Assembly (NCBI GenBank): GCA_041389765.1
Contig: JAWKRE010000002.1
Location: 11,908-75,907 of the forward strand
Length of the DNA stretch: 64,000 nucleotides
From: Polyangiaceae bacterium
Lineage (GTDB): Bacteria > Myxococcota_A > Polyangia > Polyangiales > Polyangiaceae
Direction of reading: 5' to 3'
The notes beneath the pieces were generated by a model. It was not told the origin of the DNA. It saw nothing but the letters and a program-made list of their open reading frames with translations, and ran no database searches. Shown here piece by piece: positions 47,960 through 58,596 of this stretch (position 1 is the first letter of the stretch; every line of letters begins with the position of its first letter). A program made the position numbers and the translations under genes.

Positions 47960-50152
47960 ATGGCGGCACCGGCTTCCCCGCGCCGGTTGCCGGTGCTACT
48001 CCCCCCACCCCCCGCAGCCATGGCCACGCCGAGCCCCGAGTCCCCGCAGCCTTCGAGAGTCCTCCGGCTCGGGGAGGCGTGCGTGTTCGGCGTGTGTGTC
48101 GGCGCGCTCGCCGCCGTGCCCACCGCGCTCCGCACGACCGCGCACGGCGCCGGCTTCTTCGACGGGCTCATCATCGGGGTCGCGGCGCTGCTGCCGCTCG
48201 TGACGCTGTCGATCGTGATGCTGCGCGCGGCAGGGCGGGGGATCCGTGGGCTCATCGGGCAAGCGCCTAACCGCTCGATTGTGCTGCGGATTGCGCTGTG
48301 GGTGGGGCTCGCGCTGCCGGCGCTCTCGGTGCTGGCGACGCTGCTGAAGGCGGTCACGCACCACCGCGGGCTCGGGGGCGCGACGTTCGGTGTGTTCGGC
48401 CTCGCGGCGGTCGCGGGCTCGGCGCTCGTCGCGTACAGGCTCGTCGATCTCGGGGAGACGCTCGCCGCGCGGGGGGTGCAGTCGTGGGTGCTCGCGGCGA
48501 TCGGCGCGGCGATCGGCGTGGCGCCGGTGCTGGTGGTCGCGGGTCCGCTCGCGGGGCCTGCGGCGGGCGCTGTCGGGGCGGCGATCGTGGACGGGCTCAT
48601 CGCGGCGATCGCGATGGCGCTCGTCGTCACCGTCGATATCGGAGAACGGTGGCGGAGGCTCGCGGGGCTGTGGGGGATCCCGTTCGCGGGCATCGTCCTC
48701 GTGACGGCGACCGTTCGCGTGGAGGCGACTCCGCAGGTGGGGCGCGCTGTCCAGGCGGGCGGCGGGCTCCCGGCGACCTTGCTGCACGGGCTGGAGAGCT
48801 GGACCGATCGCGACGGCGACGGCGAGGGCGCGCACTTCGGCGGCTCCGACTGCGACGAGGGCGACCCCGCGCGCAGCTCGCGCGCCGTCGAGATCCCCGG
48901 TGACGGCATCGATCAGGACTGCGACGGCGCGGACCTCCCGGCTGCGGGCGCGGCGGCGGCGGTCCCCACCGCGCAGGCTTCGGCGAGCGCAGCCGCGTCG
49001 AGCGCCGCTCCTGCGACGCCCTCGGCTTCTGCTTCGGCGGCGTCTCCCTCGGGCGGCAAGCCCGACATCCTGCTCATCACGGTGGACTCGCTGCGCGCGG
49101 ATCGAAGCTCTGCGTACGGCTACGAGAAGGCCACGACCCCGCACATCGCCGAGGTCGCGCAACGCGGCGCCTTGTTCGAGCGCGCCTATGCGGCGGCGAG
49201 CGACACGCAGCGCGCCTATGCGCCCATCGTCACGGGCCGGCGCTTCGCGGCTGCGGCGCGGGACAAGCGCGAGTGGCCCACCTTCCTCTCGGACAACGAC
49301 ACCCTCGCCGAGCGGCTTCACCGCGCCGGATACGTCACCGCGGCGGTCACGTCGTTCACGTGGCTGAGCAGCGAGCGCGGCTTCGATCAGGGCTTCGATC
49401 GCTTCGAGACCGTCTACAAGGAGGCGCACCCCGAGCGCGGCGTCACCGGGCCTCACACGGTCCGCGCGGCGCGCAAGATCCTGAGCGATCTCCAGGACCG
49501 CGCGCAGCCCCTCTTCGTGTGGGTCCACCTCTTCGACGCGCACGAAAAATACATGGATCACAAGGGGATCGACTTCGGCAAGGGCCGCTCCGGCGCCTAC
49601 GACGGCGAGGTCGCATTCGTCGATCAGATGATCGGGAACCTGCTCGACACGGTGGCCAAGAGCTCGCGCGCCGGCCGCACGGTGATCGCGATCCACGGCA
49701 CCAACGGCGAGGGGCTCGGCGAGCACGAGGTGAACGGGCACAACGGCGAGCTGTTCGAGGAGATGCTGCGCGTCCCGTTCGTGCTGTCGGTCCCAGGGGC
49801 CTCTGCGCGCAAGATCCCGTCGCCCGTGAGCATCGTGGACCTCGCCCCCACCCTGCTCGAAATCGGCGGCGCCGACCGCAAGGACACGGACGGGACCTCG
49901 CTCCTCCCGCTCGTCCGCGGCGACGAGGGGGCCACCGCGGGGCCGGTCGCTGTGCGATCGAAGAAAGGAGCGGCCTTGATCGACGGCTCGCTCAAGCTCA
50001 TGGTTCTTGAACGCAAGAAGGGTGATCTCTCCTTGCTCTTCGATCTTGCGGCCGACCCGGGCGAAAAAACGGATCTCGCGCCCGAGCGCGCCGCCGACAT
50101 CGAGCGCCTCACCAAGCTCCTCGGTGACATCGAGGGTGACTCGACGAAGTGA
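47960..50152 (+). CDS. membrane-anchored sulfatase-like hydrolase/transferase (alkaline phosphatase superfamily)
   Basis: About 300 aa of TM helices, then PDILLITVDSLRADRSSAYGY...VWVHLFDAHEKY...GRTVIAIHGTNGEGLGEH. The canonical sulfatase C/S-x-P-x-R motif is absent, so it is more like LtaS/EptA-type transferases. Confidence 0.75.
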   Translation: MAAPASPRRLPVLLPPPPAAMATPSPESPQPSRVLRLGEACVFGVCVGALAAVPTALRTTAHGAGFFDGLIIGVAALLPLVTLSIVMLRAAGRGIRGLIGQAPNRSIVLRIALWVGLALPALSVLATLLKAVTHHRGLGGATFGVFGLAAVAGSALVAYRLVDLGETLAARGVQSWVLAAIGAAIGVAPVLVVAGPLAGPAAGAVGAAIVDGLIAAIAMALVVTVDIGERWRRLAGLWGIPFAGIVLVTATVRVEATPQVGRAVQAGGGLPATLLHGLESWTDRDGDGEGAHFGGSDCDEGDPARSSRAVEIPGDGIDQDCDGADLPAAGAAAAVPTAQASASAAASSAAPATPSASASAASPSGGKPDILLITVDSLRADRSSAYGYEKATTPHIAEVAQRGALFERAYAAASDTQRAYAPIVTGRRFAAAARDKREWPTFLSDNDTLAERLHRAGYVTAAVTSFTWLSSERGFDQGFDRFETVYKEAHPERGVTGPHTVRAARKILSDLQDRAQPLFVWVHLFDAHEKYMDHKGIDFGKGRSGAYDGEVAFVDQMIGNLLDTVAKSSRAGRTVIAIHGTNGEGLGEHEVNGHNGELFEEMLRVPFVLSVPGASARKIPSPVSIVDLAPTLLEIGGADRKDTDGTSLLPLVRGDEGATAGPVAVRSKKGAALIDGSLKLMVLERKKGDLSLLFDLAADPGEKTDLAPERAADIERLTKLLGDIEGDSTK

Positions 50153-51246
50153 ACCGCGGCGGGAGCAGCGACTTTCGCATGACGAATCTTGGCCCTTCCA
50201 AAGACAAGCCCGCAAAGTCCCGCACCATGAGCGTTCGGGTCGCGGCCGCCGTCGGGTTTGCGCTCGGCGTCGTCTCGCTCGCGGCCGTCGTGAAGAGCCT
50301 CCGTGTCGATGTCGACCCCGCGCTCCTCACCGCTGCGGCCGGCCCCCGCCCCCTCGCTCACACGTGGCGCCTCTTCCGCGAGCACCACTGGCAGATCGTC
50401 ACCGACAAGCCCATCGAGAGCCGCGACGTGACCGACGCGGCCGAGGGCAACCGCGGAGTCTGCCCCGCCGGCATGATCGAGGTGAAGGGCCAGATGAAGC
50501 TCGACCCCTCGCCCAACGCCTTCTACGACAAGAAGAGCGTCGAGGAGATGCAGAAGACCACCTGCACGCGCTGGATCAACCGCGACTTCCCCGAGCGATG
50601 CGCCGAGTTCGATCGCGACAAGTGGCTGGAGCTGTCCAAGGACCTCGCCACCAAGCCCATGCACTTCTGCATCGACCGGTTCGAATACCCCAATCAGAAA
50701 GGGGCGTTCCCGGTCATCATGGTCAATTACCACGAGTCGCAGGCCCTCTGTGAGGAGCAGGGAAAGCGCCTCTGCGACGAGGCCGAGTGGACGTTCGCGT
50801 GCGAGGGCGACGAGGCCCTCCCCTACCCGTACGGCTACTCCCGCGACGACGACGCCTGCACCATCGACAAGAAATGGCGCGCCTACAACGGCGCCGCCTT
50901 CGCCAATCGCGAGGCCGACCCCGCGCGCGACGAGCTCGATCGCCTCTGGCAAGGCAAGGCCTCCGGCGCCATGGCGCGCTGCAAGAGCCCCTTCGGCGTC
51001 TACGACATGACCGGCAACGTCGACGAGTGGACGCGCACCGTTCGCGAATACGAGCGCCCATCCATCCTCAAGGGCGGCTACTGGGGCCCTGTCCGCACGC
51101 GCTGCCGCCCCTCCACCCGCTCGCACGACGAGAACCACACCTTCTATCAGCAGGGCTTCCGCTGCTGCTCCGAAGCGTCGACCAAACCCCGCCGCGTCGA
51201 GGCCGAAGACCCGGCGATCGCCCCGCTCCCGCGCCAGCTCAAGTAA
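50149..51246 (+). CDS. formylglycine-generating-enzyme (FGE-sulfatase/SUMF1-like) domain protein
   Basis: FGE-sulfatase-like motifs (YPYGYSRD, YDMTGNVDEWT, GGYWG). N-terminal TM anchor. Start overlaps the upstream stop. Confidence 0.75.
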   Translation: MNRGGSSDFRMTNLGPSKDKPAKSRTMSVRVAAAVGFALGVVSLAAVVKSLRVDVDPALLTAAAGPRPLAHTWRLFREHHWQIVTDKPIESRDVTDAAEGNRGVCPAGMIEVKGQMKLDPSPNAFYDKKSVEEMQKTTCTRWINRDFPERCAEFDRDKWLELSKDLATKPMHFCIDRFEYPNQKGAFPVIMVNYHESQALCEEQGKRLCDEAEWTFACEGDEALPYPYGYSRDDDACTIDKKWRAYNGAAFANREADPARDELDRLWQGKASGAMARCKSPFGVYDMTGNVDEWTRTVREYERPSILKGGYWGPVRTRCRPSTRSHDENHTFYQQGFRCCSEASTKPRRVEAEDPAIAPLPRQLK

Positions 51247-51479
51247 GCCCCGCGCAGGCGAGCCCGCCGGCACGGGCGAACCCGCGGGCCCAGGCGAGCC
51301 CGCCGGCCCAGGCGAGCCGCGCGCACGAGCCCACGCTCGCCAGCCACGCGCGCTGCAAATGACGCAGGCGAGCCGCGCGCGCGCACGACGGGCACTCCCT
51401 ACCGCCCGACGCGCGCCTGCGCTCCACAGGGGGAGGCCGCGCGCGCGGCGGGCACGTCGAACCCCCGGGGAGGTACCCC

Positions 51480-52223
51480 ATGAGCTCCATCTTTTCGTTC
51501 CCGAAGATGGCGGCCGTTTGCAGCCTGTTCGCGCTCACCGGCGCGGGCTGCGACCGATCGCCGGAGACCGCCTGTGCCGATCTCGCCGTCGCAGAGTGCG
51601 CCCACCGCGAGCGCTGCGCCCCCGCGCTGCTCGTCGACACAGGCGATCTCGACACCTGCCGTCGCGACGCCGCCGTGCGCTGCGAGGGCCTCCTCGACCT
51701 CGACGGCGCCGCGCTCACGATCGCGGACCTCGACGCGTGCGCAGCCGCGTACGACGACACGCCGTGCGAGTCGCTCCTCTTCGGCGCGCCCCCCCCGGAG
51801 TGCCGCTTCCACGGTACTCGCCCCAACGGCGCCGCCTGCACCGCCGGCGCCGAGTGCCAGTCCTCCCGCTGCGAGCACGATCTCCATGGTGAATGCGGTC
51901 AGTGCGCATCCCAGCGAGAGATCGCCGCGCTCTGCTCGAAGGGGGGCAGCCCATGCGCGCCGGGCCTGTATTGCGGCCCGTCCGGGCGCTGCGTCCCCTT
52001 CGGGAGCGCGGGCGAGCCGTGCAGCCCTGCCGAGCCGTGCAACCCGCTCTTCTGGTGTGACGACGGGGCCTGCGCCGCGCCCGTCGGCCTTGGCGAGCCT
52101 TGCCCGGGAGACACCACCTGCGATCTCCTCGCCGGCCTCGTCTGCGATCCCGTGGCGCGCGTGTGCTGGGCTGGCGAGCCCTCCGCGCTCGCGAGCGTCC
52201 TCGCGCCGCCCCTGTGCAACTGA
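51480..52223 (+). CDS. Cys-rich repeat lipoprotein
   Basis: Lipobox LFALTGAGCD. About 36 Cys in 247 aa in a repeating pattern (CxxGxxCxSxxCxxxxxGxCGxC...). Confidence 0.55.
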   Translation: MSSIFSFPKMAAVCSLFALTGAGCDRSPETACADLAVAECAHRERCAPALLVDTGDLDTCRRDAAVRCEGLLDLDGAALTIADLDACAAAYDDTPCESLLFGAPPPECRFHGTRPNGAACTAGAECQSSRCEHDLHGECGQCASQREIAALCSKGGSPCAPGLYCGPSGRCVPFGSAGEPCSPAEPCNPLFWCDDGACAAPVGLGEPCPGDTTCDLLAGLVCDPVARVCWAGEPSALASVLAPPLCN

Positions 52224-52262
52224 TGTGACGCAGGTTCGCTGTCGCGCTACCCTCGCGCCTGA

Positions 52263-52847
52263 ATGAGCCCGTCCGCGCGGAACCCCACGCCAGACCCCAA
52301 AGCGCCGGCCCCCTCCGGCGTCGCGCGCTGGCTCGATCTGGTGACGACCGCCGTCCTCGGCCTCGTGGTGCTCCTCGTGCTCGCCGTCGCCGCGCCCTCG
52401 CTCCTCCGCGCGGGCGAGAAGGCCAGCGCCGAGCCGGACGCGTTCCCGCCTCCCTACCGCGCGAACCACCCCACCCTCGTCCCCCGCGATCACCCGCGCA
52501 GCTTCCCCATCGACGACGAGCCCTTCGTCGAAGAGCCCCCGTCGCTCCCCGGCCAGCGTGGCCGCGACGTGCGCCCCAACGACCCGCGCGCCGCCCCGCC
52601 CTCGCTCCCCGGCCGAGAGCCCGACGACGACGACGAGTCCGGCGCGATGCTCGGCCTGAAGGGCGGCATCACCGTCAAGCCTCTCCTCCTCCGCGACCGC
52701 GCCACCGGCACCGTCGTGCACGAGGTCAAGCCCGGTCAGCCCGTCTCGATCCTCCGCGAGGACGGCGACTGGGTGTTCATCCTCCAGCGATCGCGCGACG
52801 AGCTCGTGAGCGGCTGGGCCCGACGCAACGAGCTTCTCCTCCGATGA
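52263..52847 (+). CDS. membrane-anchored hypothetical protein with SH3-like C-terminal domain
   Basis: TM helix LVTTAVLGLVVLLVLAVAAP, Pro-rich linker, C-terminal GTVVHEVKPGQPVSILREDGDWVFILQRSRDELVSGWARRNEL. ATGA overlap with the next gene. Confidence 0.45.
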   Translation: MSPSARNPTPDPKAPAPSGVARWLDLVTTAVLGLVVLLVLAVAAPSLLRAGEKASAEPDAFPPPYRANHPTLVPRDHPRSFPIDDEPFVEEPPSLPGQRGRDVRPNDPRAAPPSLPGREPDDDDESGAMLGLKGGITVKPLLLRDRATGTVVHEVKPGQPVSILREDGDWVFILQRSRDELVSGWARRNELLLR

Positions 52848-54109
52848 CCGAGCCCACCCCCCCTCCGCCGCGCATCTACCGCGCGCGCATCCTCACGCCC
52901 GTGCCCGCGCCCGGCGCCGCTGTGCCGCCCCTTCGCTTCGAGGAGGACGGCGCGCTCGTTGTCGGCGCCGACGGCCGCATCCTCTCCGTCGAGCCCTACG
53001 CGCGCGCCGCGCACCCCATCGCGCTCGATCTCCACCCGCATGTCCTCACTCCAGGGTTCGCCGACGTTCACCTGCACTTCCCGCAGACGCGCGTGATCGG
53101 CCGCGCGACAGGCCCCCTGCTCGACTGGCTCGATCGCACCGTCTTCCCGGAAGAGCAGCGCTTCTCCGACGAGGCCTACGCGCGCGAGGTCGGCGCCGAG
53201 CTGATGACGCGCATGCTCTCCGCCGGCACCACGTGCTCCGGCCTCTACGCGTCGTCCTCCCCCGTCGCCACGCGCGTCGCCTTCGAGGTCGCCGAGCGCG
53301 CCGGTGTGCTCGCACAGATCGGCCTCGTGCTGATGGACCGCGGCGCCCCCGACGGCCTGCTCGCCCCGCGCGATCGCGCCCTCGCCGATCTCGCGGCTCT
53401 CCTCGCCGACTGCCACCGCCCCTCGGGCGATCTGCGCCTCGCGATCACCCCGCGCTTCGCCCTGTCGTGCTCTCCCGAGCTGCTCCGCGCCGCCGGCGCC
53501 TTCGCCGGCGAGCACGCGCTCCTCGTGCAGACGCACCTCTCGGAGAACGAGGTCGAGTGCGAGGCGACCCTCGCCGCCTTCCCCGGCACCGCCGACTACC
53601 TCGGCGTGTACGAGGCGTGCGGCCTCTCCGCCGATCGCTCCCTGTTCGCGCACGCCATCCACCTCACGGACAGCGAGTGGGATCGGATCGCCGCCGCGAA
53701 GGCTCGCATCGCCCACTGCCCCGACTCGAACTTCTTCCTCGGCAGCGGCCGCATGCGCCTGCGCGAGGCCTTGCGCCGCGGCGTCCGCGTGGGCCTCGGC
53801 AGCGACGTCGCCGCCGGCCGCACCTTCGACATGCGCCGCATCGCCGCCTCCGCCTACGACACGGCCCTCGCCGAGCGCGATCCCGTCACCCCCGAAGAGC
53901 TCTTCTCGCTCGCCACCTGGTGCGGCGCCGACGTCCTCGGCTTCGGCGATCGCACAGGCGCCCTCACCCCCGGCCGCCGCGCCGACTTCCTCGCGCTCGA
54001 CGTCCCCGCCTACGCCCGCACCTGCGAGGAGGTCCTCGCGCACGTGCTGTTCGCGAGTGACGCCACGCCTGTCCGCCGCACCTACGTCGCGGGGCAGATT
54101 CCGCGATAG
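52844..54109 (+). CDS. guaD: guanine deaminase (amidohydrolase superfamily)
   Basis: PGFADVHLHFPQTRVIG metal-binding start, then HLSENEVE and GSDVAAG motifs typical of guanine deaminase. Confidence 0.75.
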   Translation: MTEPTPPPPRIYRARILTPVPAPGAAVPPLRFEEDGALVVGADGRILSVEPYARAAHPIALDLHPHVLTPGFADVHLHFPQTRVIGRATGPLLDWLDRTVFPEEQRFSDEAYAREVGAELMTRMLSAGTTCSGLYASSSPVATRVAFEVAERAGVLAQIGLVLMDRGAPDGLLAPRDRALADLAALLADCHRPSGDLRLAITPRFALSCSPELLRAAGAFAGEHALLVQTHLSENEVECEATLAAFPGTADYLGVYEACGLSADRSLFAHAIHLTDSEWDRIAAAKARIAHCPDSNFFLGSGRMRLREALRRGVRVGLGSDVAAGRTFDMRRIAASAYDTALAERDPVTPEELFSLATWCGADVLGFGDRTGALTPGRRADFLALDVPAYARTCEEVLAHVLFASDATPVRRTYVAGQIPR

Positions 54110-54434
54110 CAGATCTGCTGGGCGGGCGCTTGGCGGCGCTTCCCATCAAATCGGGCCTTCCGACGGTCTCGCCGAGCTCTCGTTTTCGTCTGGCGGCCAT
54201 GGCCACAGAGCACGTCGGAGCGGGCCTGATGCGCCACGCTTTTCGCCTTTCCGCTCGGCGGCGGGCCGCGCCACGTGGGGCGTTTCCCCAAGACCGGGAC
54301 GGTGCTTCGCAAGACGTTGTGGGTGAGATCCAGAGGGTGCCCGGAGGCGTCCGGGCTGCACGGAGAGGGTCAGTCGCAGGAGCTTGTGGGTGAGATCCAG
54401 AGGCTGCCCGGGCGTCCGGGTTGCACGGAGAGGG

Positions 54435-56517
54435 TCAGTCGCAGGGGGCGCTGACGCCGGCGCCGGCGGGGACGGTGGGCTGGCCCTTCGCGAAGGTCTG
54501 GAGGAAACACCGATACTGGTGCTTCGGCTCCTCGCGCTGAAACACCGCCTCGTGGCCGTCTTCGATGCCGTCTTCTTCGTGCTGCACCACGACGGCGGTG
54601 GACACACTGCCACCTTCGTGAGGGATGTTGCCAGTCGCCGGAAAGTCGATCGCCTGCCCGCCGCTCAGGTCCAGCACGCTCGCCAGCGGCGCGAACACGC
54701 TCAGCTCCTCGGACTCGGCGTCGAGCCCCTCGCCCGCCAGATCCAGGCCCAGGCACAGCGCCGTCGAGTTCGCGATCGGAGGCATGATGTAGCGGTCGAC
54801 CACGCCCTCCACCATCAGGATGTGGTGAGCCTCCCCGCTCACCGGCTCGCGCAGGATCCGCCTCGCATACGCCTGTGTGTCCGCGGGCTCCGCCGCCCAT
54901 TGCAGGAGCGTCATCACCGGATCCAGCTCCGTCAGCTCGCGCTCACCCACGTATTGCAGGAGCAGCTCCGCGAACGCCTTCGCCTCGATGGGCTTCTTCT
55001 TGTAGAGGATGTTCGCCAGGTAGCTCGACCCAGCGCCGCTCAGGATCGCCGCCCGCAGCCGCGGCTCGAACGCCATGGACAGAGGCGCGATCGACGCCCC
55101 CATCGAGTGCCCGAAGGCCGCCATTGTCTTCACGTCGAAGTGGGCCTTTCCGCCGTTGGGCGTGGTCAGCCCGGGACATGCGGACGCGTCGATCTGGATC
55201 GTCTCCAGGAGGTGCGCCTGGAGCACAAGCTCCACCGCCGATTGCCGCACGTTGTCGCGCAGGGCCAGCGGATTGAAGACGTTGAAGACAAGGAATTGCT
55301 CGTCCTTCCCCGACACGTTGCGGAGCCCGCCGTGCGGCCCGTCGATCTGGCTCCCGGCGAAGCCGACCTTCGCGAACTCCATGGCTGGGCCCGTGCCCGG
55401 CAACACGGCCTCTCCGCCGGGCGTCGCCCGCACGCCGCGGTCCACGAGCGGCCTCTCCCCGCCGGCCCCGGTGCGACTGAACACCACCACGGGGAACCCC
55501 TCCGCCGGCATCGGCCCGCGCGGCAGCGTCACCACGAAATTGGCCTCCTCGTTCGCCTGCACCACCGGATTGCCGTCCGCGTCGAAGGCCCAGCCGCCCC
55601 CCTCGGTGTCGTAAGGGGGAGTCCCGGACTGGTACGTCGGCATCTTGATGGTGGTGTGATAGACGCAGAAGTCGTCGAACACCTCGGCTGGCTCGAAGTC
55701 CGCCTCCGGGGCCGGCATGGGCTGAGAGAGCAGGTGCTCCACCACGCGGCCAAACTGCTCGTCGGGGTGCCCGGTCCGGAACACCGAGAGCCCCGCCACG
55801 TCCCCCGAGGAGACCCCTTGTTTGGCGAGGGCGACGATCGCCTGCCGGTACGCGCTCACCGACGCGTCGCTCATCCCCTCGGGCGACAGGCCGGCCGCGA
55901 TGCGCTGCACCACGCGCGACGCCGACAGCTCCTTGCCGGCCGCGTCATGCACGCTCGTCCGCACCACCGCCGCGTACAGCGTGCCTGGCCGGAGCGGCAC
56001 CCCCTGATAAGGCAACATCGCGAGCAGGTTGGGCGCGCCGAACGGCCCGCCGTCCACCTCGAAGCCCACCTTCACCGGATAGCGCTGCCCGAAGTCGGGC
56101 GCCTCGGCGTCCACGCTCACGAGGAACACCCCGGCTCCTTCTGCCGTGCTCGCGCGCATGTCGACTGGCAAGCTCGCTGGATCGAGCGCGTCCGTCAGCG
56201 AGAAGTAGATGCCGGACGTGGTGCCGAATCCATCGGCGTCGTGACCGACGATGTCCGCGATCTTGGTGACGAGCTCGATGCCATTGGGATTGGGGAAGGA
56301 CCCCATCTCGATCGTGCCGTCGGCCCGGCGGCGGTGCTCGCTGGGGAACGGCGCCGCATAGAAATCCGTGGCGGCGGCCATGTCCATGCGGACGGTGGTG
56401 CCCTGTTCAGGGACGACCGTCGCGCTGCCGGAGCACCCGTCCCCGTCCGCACCGAGAAGGATCAGGGCCCCGAGGGCCGCGCAGAACGTCGACAATTTTC
56501 GAGCGGTCACTGCCATT
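54435..56517 (-). CDS. secreted alpha/beta-hydrolase (lipase/esterase-like) lipoprotein
   Basis: ATG at 56515-56517 with GGGAGA upstream. Lipobox ILLGADGDGCSGS. GHSMGA nucleophile elbow (GxSxG). Large N-terminal beta-domain. The upstream Arg-rich 49 codons are excluded. Confidence 0.65.
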
Positions 56518-56764
56518 CTCCCGTGTGCTCTCGCCATCGCGGCGCAGCGCAAAGAACGCCCTCTTCCTACCAGCGCCGGCGTTCGATCGCCACCGCCGCG
56601 CAAGGTCTTTCGCGCACGGCCGGACTGCGCCCCGCGCCGCGGTTTCCGGCCTCTGCTGCCCACCTGTCCAGCGCTTCTTTTGGGGAGCGGCGACGATTTC
56701 GAAATGGATCGCGCCCGAAATCCCCATTCTTCGCGCGAGGGGGATTCTCAGGGTGGAGGGAAAA

Positions 56765-58285
56765 GTGGAGATCAGCGACAAGCCGACGTTCGAGCAGATC
56801 GTCCGGGAGCACGGCTCGTTCATTCGCCGCACGCTGTCGCACCTGGGCGTGCGCGCGCGCGACCTCGGCGACGTGGAGCAGGAGGTCCTGCGGGGCGTGA
56901 GCCGCGGCTTGCCCGCGTTCGACCCCAGCCTGGCCCATCAGGCCGGCAGCCCCGTTCGAGGCTGGCTGTTCGGCATCTGCGAGCGACAGGCCGCCAGCCA
57001 TCGCCGCACGGAGGCTCGGCGCAGCGAGGTCCTCCTCGCCACCGAGGAGCTCGACACCTCCGAGAGCGTCGCCGAGGGCAGCGAGGAGCGCTTCATCGCC
57101 GAGGAGCGAAAAGCCCTCCTCGGCCGCCTGCTCGCCACCCTGGAGCCGCGCCGCCGCCGCGTCCTCGAAGCCTACGAGATTGACGGCCTCCCGATGGCCG
57201 ACATCGCCACCATCGAGTCCATCCCCGTCAACACCGCCTGGAACCGCCTGCGCCTCGCCCGCGAGGATCTCCGCGCCGCCTGGCACCGGATGGACAGCTC
57301 GCGCCGCCGCCTCGGCGCTCCTCCGCCCCCGCCCCTCGGCGTCCTCTTCGCGCAAGTCTGGGCCAGCGGCACCGGCCTCGCTGGCCTCACCGCCGCCGCG
57401 GGCGCCACAGCCACGCAGGCGAGCACGTCAGTCACCGCCGGCAGCGCCACAGCCACGCAGGCGAGCACGTCAGTCACCGCCGGCAGCGCCACAGCCACGC
57501 AGGCGAGCACGTCCGTCACCGCCGGCAGCGCCACAGCCACGCAGGCGAGCATGGCAGTCTCGCACGCGAGCGCGGCGGTCCCCCACGCCGCCGCGACCGT
57601 CACGCAGGCGGGCGCGGTCGTCGCCACGGGGGGCGCCTCCAGCGTGGGTGTCGTCCTCGGCGGGGTCGGCGCGGCTGTCGCCATCGCGGCGCTGGCGCTC
57701 CCGTCGATCCTGAGGCCCCCTCCGCCGCCCGTCGCACACGAGGTCTCCGAACGAGCGTCCGCCGCCGTCCTGTCCTCCCCGCGCGACGCCCCCGAGCTCG
57801 ACATCACCTCCCCTCCCGAGGCCGAGCCCGAGGGCGAGCCCGACACACTCCTCGTCTCTCTGCCCCCCTCCGCTCCTCTCCTCTCAGGCCCCGTTTCCAC
57901 GGCGCGCACGGCCCCGTTGCCCGGACGTGTGGCGCGCGCCGGGTCGCATGCCGCGGCGAGGGCCTCCTCCCCGCCCGCATCCGCCTCGGTCCACGCGAGG
58001 CCGCCCAGGGACGTCGCCTTCAAATACGAGGCCGACCGCATCGCCGACGCCCAGTCCGCCCTCGACAAGGGGGATGTCGCCGCGGCCGAGCGCGCGCTCC
58101 GTGCGCACGAGCGCGCGTTTCGCACCGGCCAGATGGCCGGCGAACGAGAAGCCTTGATGACCCGCCTCCTGCTCGGGGAGGGACGCAGGAGCGAGGCCAC
58201 GGACCGCGCCCGCGCCTTCCTCGCCGCGAACCCGAACAGCCCGGCTCGCCGCCAGATCGAGGCCCTCCTCGGAAAAGTCGACTGA
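56765..58285 (+). CDS. ECF sigma factor fused in frame to a C-terminal extension with one TM helix, (SATATQASTSVTAG)n repeats and TPR-like helices
   Basis: GTG at 56765 after GGAGGG. Sigma region 2 (VEQEVLRGVSRGLPAFDPS...VRGWLFGICERQAAS) and region 4 (LPMADIATIESIPVNTAWNRLRLAREDL). No stop before TM helix VVLGGVGAAVAIAALALP. C-terminal ANPNSPARRQIEALL helices. Could instead be two genes if an internal start is used. Confidence 0.6.
   Translation: MEISDKPTFEQIVREHGSFIRRTLSHLGVRARDLGDVEQEVLRGVSRGLPAFDPSLAHQAGSPVRGWLFGICERQAASHRRTEARRSEVLLATEELDTSESVAEGSEERFIAEERKALLGRLLATLEPRRRRVLEAYEIDGLPMADIATIESIPVNTAWNRLRLAREDLRAAWHRMDSSRRRLGAPPPPPLGVLFAQVWASGTGLAGLTAAAGATATQASTSVTAGSATATQASTSVTAGSATATQASTSVTAGSATATQASMAVSHASAAVPHAAATVTQAGAVVATGGASSVGVVLGGVGAAVAIAALALPSILRPPPPPVAHEVSERASAAVLSSPRDAPELDITSPPEAEPEGEPDTLLVSLPPSAPLLSGPVSTARTAPLPGRVARAGSHAAARASSPPASASVHARPPRDVAFKYEADRIADAQSALDKGDVAAAERALRAHERAFRTGQMAGEREALMTRLLLGEGRRSEATDRARAFLAANPNSPARRQIEALLGKVD
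57400..57556 (+). repeat. 42-nt tandem repeat about 3.5 copies (encodes SATATQASTSVTAG)
   Basis: agcgccacagccacgcaggcgagcacgtcagtcaccgccggc repeated with 1-nt variants. Confidence 0.85.
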
Positions 58286-58596
58286 CACCCCGCGCGCGAG
58301 CGCCCCTTCGTTGCCAGTCGCCCGCGCCGCATTCACGGCCAGTGCGCACCGAGCTGAAATGGCCCGTTGGATGCCCGCGCCCGGCCCGCCATTCACGCTT
58401 TTCGCCCTCCCGAAATCATCTTCGGAAAATGCAAGAATCAGCTTAAAATCAAGGCGATCGTGATCAAAGGGTGCCAGTCGATTCCGGTTGACGGGAGGCC
58501 CCCCCATCCTCGATTCTGTGGAGCGTTCGCGCGCGGCTGCCCGCCGGGCAGGCCAGCGCTTTCGGCTTCACCCGTTCTGCACTGTCGAGGTCTCCC

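Noticed and set aside
47996-50215. 739-aa minus-strand ORF antisense to the sulfatase-like gene
   Set aside because: Arg-rich low-complexity translation. The plus-strand gene has clear alkaline-phosphatase-superfamily motifs.
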